DNA of 20,000 nt from an uncultured virus (IMG/VR IMGVR_UViG_3300030104_002980) (taxonomy: Duplodnaviria > Heunggongvirae > Uroviricota > Caudoviricetes): the IMG/VR virus record IMGVR_UViG_3300030104_002980. One strand, given 5' to 3'. Below are positions 1 through 7,274 of this stretch, piece after piece. Position 1 is the stretch's first letter; each line of letters starts with the position of its first letter. A model generated the notes under the pieces. The model was given only the letters and a program-made list of their open reading frames with translations. It had not been told where the DNA came from and ran no database searches. The position numbers and the translations under genes were made by a program.

Positions 1-2
1 TT

Positions 3-1229
3 AAGTGTGGAAGAAGTCATCATATTGTAAATGAGCATCATAAGAAAGACGCAGATGGTAATACGATTCCTCATGAGGGTGAAGATGTTGATGAAGCAAT
101 GTATACAGGCCCTAACAAAGAAGATAGAAAGCAAATTAAAAAAATGGATGACCCTAGTTATGCTAAGAAGTTAGCAGACTATGAAAAGAATATGGATCCC
201 AAGAAACGTCAGGCACTTAAGGATAAAGCAACTAAGGGTATGAAGTTTACTCATGAAGCATTTTCTGACACAGGTATGGCAAAAGGATCTGGAAAACCAT
301 CTGGTGCTATGAAAGATTTTCTTGATAAGAAAGCAAAGAAACTAGAAAAACAAAGAGCGTCACAATCTCAAGCTGCTAGAAATAATCCTCACTTTGATAG
401 CACACAACCATCACCGTCAGGTAGAAATAAGTATATGGAATCTATTTCTAATTGGAGAGAAGATTTTATATGGGAAGAAGAAGTTGAAGGCCCCGACAAT
501 AAAGATAATAAAAAAGTAACAGAGAAAAATATAAAAAATAAAATTGTTATTAATCCTAAATTAGGTGAGGCAGTTGAAAGTATGGGTGGACAACTGATTG
601 ATGTTGTTGAAATGGATATGGATAAAAAGGGTCAAGAGGATCCACAAATGAAATCAAAGATGCTTCGTCAAAGGCAACTTAAAAAACAAGTATTACTTCG
701 TAAATTACAGGCAGTAAGACAAACTGGTGGTGAAGACATTGTTGCATCATATGAACCAGACGGTGAACAACTTGATGAATATGGTAATCCAAGAGTAGGA
801 ATGAGGTTGAAAGTTGCTCGTGCGATTGATAAAGTAAATCCAAAACCAAAAGTAGGTAGTAAGAGAACTGCTATTTCAAACAAGTTGAAGATGTCTTCAA
901 TACGAGCAGAAACTAGAAGACAAAAACAAAAAGATAATCCATATTCAGTTGGTAAAAAAGTAAAGACTGCACTTGGAATGAGCACTGAAGACTATATTCC
1001 AGAAGAGGAATATGATCATTATAAAGATCGCATGGCTGAAAGGGGTATTGATATAAGTTCTCCTGATAAGAAAGATGCAACAACTATGCCAAGAAAACCA
1101 GAGAAACCATCAAAAGGCATGACTGCTGCACAAAAAGCAGCAAAAGGTAAATCTGCACTTGATATTGTGAAAGCAGACATTAGGAAAAAATATGGTAAAG
1201 GTGCCATCATGGATATGGGTAAAAAATAA
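3..1229 (+). CDS. Lys-rich modular cyanophage protein, 5'-truncated; putative head internal polyprotein
   Basis: The frame of the 99..1229 ORF stays open back to position 3 (KCGRSHHIVNEHHKKDADGNTIPHEGEDVDEAM...), so the true start is probably upstream of the window. Basic segments are separated by hydrophobic-X-E linkers (VNE, VDE, YME, IWE, LGE, VVE, LDE, IPE). Confidence 0.6.
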   Translation, partial: KCGRSHHIVNEHHKKDADGNTIPHEGEDVDEAMYTGPNKEDRKQIKKMDDPSYAKKLADYEKNMDPKKRQALKDKATKGMKFTHEAFSDTGMAKGSGKPSGAMKDFLDKKAKKLEKQRASQSQAARNNPHFDSTQPSPSGRNKYMESISNWREDFIWEEEVEGPDNKDNKKVTEKNIKNKIVINPKLGEAVESMGGQLIDVVEMDMDKKGQEDPQMKSKMLRQRQLKKQVLLRKLQAVRQTGGEDIVASYEPDGEQLDEYGNPRVGMRLKVARAIDKVNPKPKVGSKRTAISNKLKMSSIRAETRRQKQKDNPYSVGKKVKTALGMSTEDYIPEEEYDHYKDRMAERGIDISSPDKKDATTMPRKPEKPSKGMTAAQKAAKGKSALDIVKADIRKKYGKGAIMDMGKK

Positions 1230-3781
1230 TGCCAGCACTTTCCAAAAAACAACAAAGATTTATGGGAATGGTTTATGCAACCAAAAAAGGTGAAATGAAT
1301 AATCCGTCACCTGAAGTTCAAAAGGCTGCAGACTCTATGAAAAAAAGTGATGCAAAAGATTTTGCATCTACAAAACATAAAGGTTTACCAAATAAAGTAG
1401 TGCAAAAGGAGGAATCAAACCCTCGTATTCCTAGAAAGAAAGGTCAACCAGCCGGATCTAAAAAACATTCTGATTTATATACTGATGAAAATCCTAAAGG
1501 AACTATTCATGGACTTGGTTTTAAGGATGTGGCTACTGCTAAAGCATCTGTCTCAAAAATACGTAATTCTTCAAGATCACATGCTCATAAAATTCAAGCA
1601 GCAGTTGCTATGGAACAAAGGGCAAGAGAAATGGGTAAAACCTCTGAAGCAGCAGTCTATAGAAAATTCATCAACACGATGAAGGAAAAGACAAAGAAGA
1701 TGAATGAAGCGATAAATCCTGCACAACAGGCTGCTATTGCTATCTCTAAAAAGAATAGATTGCAAGATTTAAAAATTGCTAAGAAAAAAAAGAAATCTAT
1801 GAGTGAGAAAAAAGATCATGAACACTCAATGATAAGATCTCAACTCTCTACTATCATGAGAGCATCACAGAGATTGAAGAAAAAAATGAAAGGTGAAGGT
1901 GATGTAGAAGCATGGGTTCAATCAAAGATTACTAAAGCAGCAGATTATATAGATACTGCAGCAGATTATGTAGATAGTGGTGAAGTAAACGAGGAAGGTT
2001 TACGGGACTGGTTTGGTAAATCAAGCGGAACTACTAAGTCTGGACGCAAAGTAAAAGGTTGGGTTCAAGTTGGTGGTAAGTATGATGGTAAACCTTGTGC
2101 TCGTCAACCCGGTCAGAAAACAACTCCTAAGTGCACCTCTTCATCAAAGAGAGCATCTATGAGTGATAAAGAAAGAGATAGTGCAAGAAGAAGAAAGGTA
2201 GCAAAAGACCCTAATCAACCACAGAAGTCAGGTGCAGCAGCACCAACAATGGTTTCAACTGATCCCAAAAAGAAAATGAAGGAAGCATACGGTGGTCAAG
2301 GAGTATCGAGAAAGGCAAAATTAGCATCAACTCATCCTCCTACTGCACAAGCAGCAATCAAAAACATCCCTACAGAAACTGATAGGGGATCCGGTAACAA
2401 AGCAGCAAGGAGGGCTGGTATGGAAGTCAAAACAAAAAATCCTACTTTACAGGCATACTTAAAAAACAAAAAGAAAATTTCAGAGAGACATTACGGATCA
2501 TCTGTAAATAAAATACCAGCAGAACTTGACAAAGCAGTTGCGTTACATAAGAGTCAAGCAAAAAGATTAAGAGACTCTGATGAGGTAAAGAAAGATGCAG
2601 GGAAAGCTGCGAATAAAATTCCAGCACAACTTGATAAGGCAGTTGCGATGCACACAAAACAGGCAAAGACATTAAGAGCTGCTGGAGTAGGAGAGGGATT
2701 TAAAGGATATGCAGATCTTAGTAAATCACATCCAGAGGCAGTTAAAAAGATGGAAGATCATATTGCAAAACATTTTGGAAAGAAAAATCCAAGAGTGACT
2801 GGCGGTAAAATGGGTGTGAAGAAAGAGGAGTTTGTGAATGAAGCAAAGGTAGATCAAGGTAAAGATGACGCTTCTAAAATAAACACCAGAAATCAAAGAG
2901 CATTTGGTAACAGAAGAGATTCAAAGGGTGGAGGTCACACTGGTGATGATATGGAGGCAAGAAGATATAATACTGAAAAAGGAAGAGGTGTGAAAATGAG
3001 AGGAAAGAAAGATAAGACACCAATAAATTATAAGAAGAGAGATAGTGACAAAGCTATTGATGAAATTTTAGGAAGAAAACCAAAAAAAGAACCTACCTAC
3101 TTACAAAAAAAAGCTAGAACGGTTGAAATAAAAAGAAAAATAAAAAATAAAGAGGGTAAATTTGCTGAAGAGGTAGAATTAGTGAATGAAGCAGACAAGA
3201 AGGGTAAAGGTAGTGGCACTAAGGACGCATGTTACCATAAGGTAAAGTCAAGATACTCTGTGTGGCCAAGTGCTTATGCATCAGGTGCGTTAGTTAAGTG
3301 TCGTAAAGTAGGTGCTGCTAATTGGGGTAATAGTCGTAAGGAAGAGTTTGAAAGAGACGGTATCTCATTTGGTCAGTTTCAGGAGAAATGTTGGCCTGGA
3401 TATGAAAAGAAAGGTATGAAGACTATGTTTGGAAAGAGATATCCAAACTGTGTTAAAAAAAAAGCTAGCAAAGAAGAAGTAGAGCACGTTTACGAAGATG
3501 ATATGAAGGGTATGAGTGTCAAGTCAGGGCACAAAAGACCTACAAAATCTGGTGCTGGTATGACAGCAAAGGGTGTTGCAGCATATCGTCGTAGAAATCC
3601 AGGCTCAAAACTAAAGACTGCGGTAACAACAAAACCATCTAAATTAAAGAAAGGATCTAAGGCAGCAAACAGAAGGAAAAGTTACTGTGCTAGAAGTGCA
3701 GGGCAAATGAAGAAGTTTCCTAAAGCAGCGAAAGATCCAGATAGCAGATTAAGGCAAGCACGAAGACGCTGGAACTGCTGA
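1229..3781 (+). CDS. 850-aa Lys/Arg-rich multi-module protein; putative protease-processed virion internal polyprotein
   Basis: Long ORF with TAATG stop/start overlap with the upstream gene. About 12 short basic modules separated by MNE/MSE/VNE/MKE/ISE/VGE/VNE/VNE/FQE/VYE. Several modules are recalled as recurrent in marine phage proteins (N-terminal SKKQQRFMG..FAST; DACYHKVK..WPSAYASGALVKCR; C-terminal RRKSYCAR..SRLRQARRRWNC). Confidence 0.65.
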   Translation: MPALSKKQQRFMGMVYATKKGEMNNPSPEVQKAADSMKKSDAKDFASTKHKGLPNKVVQKEESNPRIPRKKGQPAGSKKHSDLYTDENPKGTIHGLGFKDVATAKASVSKIRNSSRSHAHKIQAAVAMEQRAREMGKTSEAAVYRKFINTMKEKTKKMNEAINPAQQAAIAISKKNRLQDLKIAKKKKKSMSEKKDHEHSMIRSQLSTIMRASQRLKKKMKGEGDVEAWVQSKITKAADYIDTAADYVDSGEVNEEGLRDWFGKSSGTTKSGRKVKGWVQVGGKYDGKPCARQPGQKTTPKCTSSSKRASMSDKERDSARRRKVAKDPNQPQKSGAAAPTMVSTDPKKKMKEAYGGQGVSRKAKLASTHPPTAQAAIKNIPTETDRGSGNKAARRAGMEVKTKNPTLQAYLKNKKKISERHYGSSVNKIPAELDKAVALHKSQAKRLRDSDEVKKDAGKAANKIPAQLDKAVAMHTKQAKTLRAAGVGEGFKGYADLSKSHPEAVKKMEDHIAKHFGKKNPRVTGGKMGVKKEEFVNEAKVDQGKDDASKINTRNQRAFGNRRDSKGGGHTGDDMEARRYNTEKGRGVKMRGKKDKTPINYKKRDSDKAIDEILGRKPKKEPTYLQKKARTVEIKRKIKNKEGKFAEEVELVNEADKKGKGSGTKDACYHKVKSRYSVWPSAYASGALVKCRKVGAANWGNSRKEEFERDGISFGQFQEKCWPGYEKKGMKTMFGKRYPNCVKKKASKEEVEHVYEDDMKGMSVKSGHKRPTKSGAGMTAKGVAAYRRRNPGSKLKTAVTTKPSKLKKGSKAANRRKSYCARSAGQMKKFPKAAKDPDSRLRQARRRWNC
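1937..1978 (+). repeat. 21-nt imperfect tandem repeat (AADYIDT / AADYVDS)
   Basis: gcagcagattatatagatact followed directly by gcagcagattatgtagatagt. Confidence 0.8.
2507..2680 (+). repeat. Intragenic duplication of ~22 codons, 105-nt period
   Basis: NKIPAELDKAVALHKSQAKRLR (from 2507) versus NKIPAQLDKAVAMHTKQAKTLR (from 2612). Confidence 0.85.
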
Positions 3782-3783
3782 CC

Positions 3784-3797
3784 TATATAATATACGT
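3784..3797 (+). promoter_or_regulatory. Putative promoter motif TATATAATATACGT (copy 1)
   Basis: Intergenic, 13 nt before ATG 3811. An identical 14-mer occurs at 13056-13069. Confidence 0.4.
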
Positions 3798-3810
3798 TTA
3801 GGAAATTATT

Positions 3811-4005
3811 ATGCTTTCATTTTTACTACCATTCGCATCAAAAATTGTATCTGATGCGGTGAATAAAATCCCTGAAAATGAGGAATTAGGGGATAAACTC
3901 ATTGAAGTTTGTATAGTCATCCTTAAAAAAGCAGTTAAGTTAACAAAAACTGACATGGATGATAAACTTTTAGCGGAAGTCGAGAAGGCAATTCAGACCC
4001 GTTAA
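3811..4005 (+). CDS. Conserved cyanophage hypothetical protein (64 aa)
   Basis: ORF preceded by AGGA, fills the intergenic gap, amphipathic helical sequence. Confidence 0.7.
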   Translation: MLSFLLPFASKIVSDAVNKIPENEELGDKLIEVCIVILKKAVKLTKTDMDDKLLAEVEKAIQTR

Positions 4006-4023
4006 TTTTGAAGATCACATATC

Positions 4024-4031
4024 TATAAATA
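4024..4031 (+). promoter_or_regulatory. T4-type late promoter TATAAATA
   Basis: Exact gp55 late-promoter consensus in intergenic DNA 33 nt upstream of ATG 4065. Confidence 0.75.
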
Positions 4032-4064
4032 TTAATTAGCAAGAAAATCTAAAGAGAGAAAAAC

Positions 4065-5354
4065 ATGGCACTTTGGGGAAACAAGGATGCTGGTATTGGA
4101 ACTGCCCCTGCAGCACATGCAGCGCAGGCCACGTTAACCTTGAATTATGCAACAAAAGAAATTGTTGGAGCAGCAACCACGTTTGGTCGTGTCGGTGCAG
4201 CAAAAACAGGTGATGTAATAGAAATCGGATCAAGAGCACCGGGTGCCACTTATTTCGGTAGTGCTACCATTGTTGGTATCGCAAGCACGACTTCCATTTC
4301 TATTGGATCAACAGCCGGTTTAAGCGGTGCAGCAATATCTGGAGTTACATTTTTCAAAGTTCGTGAGTGTCCTACCTCATCAGAAGGCGATCAATCATTC
4401 AGCACAAGAAATGATTCCGCATCTAGTTTGAATAAAATTGGAGAAGTAATTTTAGGAGCAGCAGTTGCCACTTCTGATGCAGCGGGTGTTGGTGTTAGTG
4501 TTTTCTCTGTAAGTAAGGCACAACAAAGTAGTGAGAGAGGACTAGGATTAATAGTCGGAGATAGCATAGATACAAATACTGGTAATCTTGTCATATCAAA
4601 AGTAAATGATGCTGTTGTGACCACATTATCTGCTGTTGGAGCAGGAGAAACAGTCTTTAGATTCGCTCCTCCACCGGGTATAAAACATGGTCAATTTATT
4701 CAAGACCAGAGTGGATCAATCGTTGGTTTTGGATCTACTACAGTAAAAGCGTTAGTTGGACAGGGTGCAACAACTAATTACATAACAATTAGTAATCTTG
4801 CTGGACATAATCTCTTGGCGGGAGACACAATTTTAACTCCTAATATTGCATCTGCTGTTGCAATCGGAACAGTGAATGTAGGTGTTAATACTATTTCATT
4901 AGTTGCTGGTGCCTCTGGAGGAACAATTACTGCTGGTATGGCGATCACAGTCTTTAGTGATACCATAGTTACATTAACTAAGGGTGCTGACATCGCTGTT
5001 AACGCTGGTTTAGGATTAACTATTGTTGGTGATGAGACTGCAGCATTCATATCATTTGGATCAACAACAGGATCAGCTATTAATTCTGGAGCAGGTGTAA
5101 CTGTTAATAGATTCCAAGGTGGTTACGATAGATTCATATATGGAACTGCAGGTGCTGGTCTAACAGCAACGGGTGACTCTACTGCCGGTGATAAATTTAT
5201 TCTTGACCATTCCGGATGGGTTGGTGTTCAAACATACGTTGATTCAGCGGGTAACTTAAGAGTTAAGAAAGAAGTATTAGTTGCAATGTCAGGTATTACA
5301 ACTGCTGATACTCCGATCTATCCAGCATATCCACCAAATCCACCAGCTGCATAA
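4065..5354 (+). CDS. Virion structural protein (fibre/decoration-like, Gly/Ala/Thr/Ser-rich)
   Basis: Late promoter upstream. N-terminus MALWGNKD and C-terminus HSGWVGVQTYVDSAGNLRVKKEVLVAMSGIT are recalled as typical of a cyanomyophage structural family. Beta-rich, low-charge middle region. Confidence 0.65.
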   Translation: MALWGNKDAGIGTAPAAHAAQATLTLNYATKEIVGAATTFGRVGAAKTGDVIEIGSRAPGATYFGSATIVGIASTTSISIGSTAGLSGAAISGVTFFKVRECPTSSEGDQSFSTRNDSASSLNKIGEVILGAAVATSDAAGVGVSVFSVSKAQQSSERGLGLIVGDSIDTNTGNLVISKVNDAVVTTLSAVGAGETVFRFAPPPGIKHGQFIQDQSGSIVGFGSTTVKALVGQGATTNYITISNLAGHNLLAGDTILTPNIASAVAIGTVNVGVNTISLVAGASGGTITAGMAITVFSDTIVTLTKGADIAVNAGLGLTIVGDETAAFISFGSTTGSAINSGAGVTVNRFQGGYDRFIYGTAGAGLTATGDSTAGDKFILDHSGWVGVQTYVDSAGNLRVKKEVLVAMSGITTADTPIYPAYPPNPPAA

Positions 5355-5371
5355 ATTATTAAAAGTATGAT

Positions 5372-5776
5372 ATGAGATTTACTGAATTGAATGAGGGCAA
5401 CTTCCTCTTGTTTGCGATTAAAAATTATGAAAATCCACAAGCCGTTACAAAGGACGACTTTGATAAGGATTTAAATCACTTCAAATATATCAAAAGATTA
5501 TTGAAGAGATACAAAAACACTGGTGTCCTTAAATCTCATTTACTACTTAATCATTTTATAGTTCTCTATAATATTTTCGGTGAAGCGACAACTCCGATGT
5601 TATTTTACAAAATAGACGAAGATCTGTGGGATACGATGAAGAGTTTTGTAATCTTTTTAAACAGATTACCTGAGTATCCTAAGACAAGCATGCATGATGT
5701 CAAAGTTGACGTGGTATGTTTGAAAGAACTTTATAGGGATTACAATGAAAAAAACTCCGCTAGAAAAGGTAATTGA
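5372..5776 (+). CDS. Conserved T4-like phage hypothetical protein upstream of primase
   Basis: MRFTELNEGNFLLFAIKNYENPQ...DFDKDLNHFKYIKRLLKRY...LLLNHFIVLYNIFG pattern recognised as a T4-like core hypothetical. Confidence 0.75.
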   Translation: MRFTELNEGNFLLFAIKNYENPQAVTKDDFDKDLNHFKYIKRLLKRYKNTGVLKSHLLLNHFIVLYNIFGEATTPMLFYKIDEDLWDTMKSFVIFLNRLPEYPKTSMHDVKVDVVCLKELYRDYNEKNSARKGN

Positions 5777-5933
5777 ATTAATTCGTGAGCAAGCGATTGG
5801 TGGTGCTCCAACGAATAATGTTGGTAGTGGAAATATAGCAGGAACAAGTCAAGCGGGTGATGATCCCCCTATTAGAAAGAAGAAAAGATATATCTATACT
5901 AGGGGGGCACGAAAGCAATGGATGAAGAAGTAA
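5745..5933 (+). CDS. Small conserved hypothetical protein (62 aa)
   Basis: Overlaps both neighbours. IRE followed by APTNNVGSGNIAG..DDPP and a basic tail. Confidence 0.6.
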   Translation: MKKTPLEKVIELIREQAIGGAPTNNVGSGNIAGTSQAGDDPPIRKKKRYIYTRGARKQWMKK

Positions 5934-6319
5934 GAGTCGCTATTCTAGAACAAAAACAAGAAGTTCTCGAACATTTTGTAGAGAAGTTAGATTCTGCTAT
6001 TGAAAAAATTGCAGAGGTAAATACTAATGTTAGTAGGATGCTTGCCGTCCATGAAGAAAAATTATCGAAACAAGACGAAATCGACGGAATACTCTTTGCT
6101 AAAATTGACGAACTCCGTGATAAAATGGACAGCGATCATGTCGTCCTGCGTCAAAGACTATCATTATTGGAACGGAGACTTTGGACTACTGTTGGAGCAT
6201 TGGGAGCAGTGGTATTACTAAGTAATCCCCAAGCTATCAAATTAATTAGACCATTGTTTTCTTCTGCAAATAGTGCTATAATAGCACCAGTAGTTGCTAT
6301 TGTGGATGGATCAAGTTGA
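5918..6319 (+). CDS. Coiled-coil protein with C-terminal hydrophobic segment
   Basis: Heptad-like helical N-terminal region, then WTTVGALGAVVLL candidate membrane segment. Confidence 0.65.
   Translation: MDEEVRVAILEQKQEVLEHFVEKLDSAIEKIAEVNTNVSRMLAVHEEKLSKQDEIDGILFAKIDELRDKMDSDHVVLRQRLSLLERRLWTTVGALGAVVLLSNPQAIKLIRPLFSSANSAIIAPVVAIVDGSS
6254..6282 (+). promoter_or_regulatory. sigma70-type promoter for primase-nrdAB, embedded in upstream CDS
   Basis: TTGTTT(6254-6259)-N17-TATAAT(6277-6282) with extended -10 TG at 6274-6275, 23 nt before primase ATG 6306. Confidence 0.5.
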
Positions 6320-7274
6320 TTCTAAGTATATTGGATTAGTATCATCAAGACTACAAAAATTCAAAAGAGTTAAATCTGATCTGTATAATTTCAGATGCCC
6401 GATTTGTGGTGACTCAAAAAGAACTAAAAGTAAAACGAGAGGATATCTCTATGCAATTAAGGCAAATGTAAATTTCAAATGTCATAATTGTGGTGCTTCA
6501 ATGTCTTTGAGTAATTTTTTGAAGAAGATAGACCCTGTTGTTCATAAACAATATGCTTTTGAAAAATTTAAGGACGGTCACACTGGTCGTAACTTTGTTG
6601 TTGAAGAACCAAAGTTTGAATTTAAAGCACCAGTTTTTAAACCCAAACTAAATTTACCAAAGGCAATTGATAATCCAATTGCAAAAAAATATCTAGAAAA
6701 AAGAAAGTTAAACCCATCTGAATTTTATTATACAGATACATTTAAGAAGTGGGTAAATACTTTAGTCTCTAAATTTGATGATGTAACTTATGATGAACCA
6801 CGAATAGTAATTCCTTTAATATATGAAAACAATCTTATAGGAATACAAGGAAGGTCTCTAGGCCCTAATTCTGTTAAATATATTACTATCATGTTAGAGG
6901 AGGATGCTCCCAAAATTTATGGACTCGACAAAGTTAACAAAGAAAAATCAATTTATATCATTGAAGGCCCTTTCGATTCCTCCTTCGTGGAGAACTCGGT
7001 TGCTATGTGCGGTTCCGATCTTGATGTTCGGTCGTTTGGTTGGAGCGATTATATTTGGGTTTTTGATAATGAACCACGTAACAGAGAAATCGTCAATCGA
7101 ATCTCCAAAACCATCGATAGAGGAGATAAAGTGGTAATTTGGCCTAGTAATATTGTTGAAAAAGACATAAATGATATGGTGATGAGTGGACAAGATGTAA
7201 TGAGCGTGTTAGAATCTAATACATATTTTGGTTTAGAAGCAAAACTTAAATTTAATACTTGGAAAAGAATATGA
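6306..7274 (+). CDS. gp61: DNA primase (T4 gp61-like)
   Basis: Zn finger NFRCPICGDS...FKCHNCG, Toprim motifs IIEGPFDS, VFDNEPRN, KDINDM. ATG 6306 preferred over TTG 6294. Confidence 0.95.
   Translation: MDQVDSKYIGLVSSRLQKFKRVKSDLYNFRCPICGDSKRTKSKTRGYLYAIKANVNFKCHNCGASMSLSNFLKKIDPVVHKQYAFEKFKDGHTGRNFVVEEPKFEFKAPVFKPKLNLPKAIDNPIAKKYLEKRKLNPSEFYYTDTFKKWVNTLVSKFDDVTYDEPRIVIPLIYENNLIGIQGRSLGPNSVKYITIMLEEDAPKIYGLDKVNKEKSIYIIEGPFDSSFVENSVAMCGSDLDVRSFGWSDYIWVFDNEPRNREIVNRISKTIDRGDKVVIWPSNIVEKDINDMVMSGQDVMSVLESNTYFGLEAKLKFNTWKRI

Noticed and set aside
668..5050. Minus-strand and alternate-frame ORFs (668..985, 1019..1255, 1485..1682, 1577..1765, 2442..2672, 4036..4239, 4391..4624, 4778..5050)
   Set aside because: Shadows of long + strand genes with biased codon use; no recognisable motifs or expression signals
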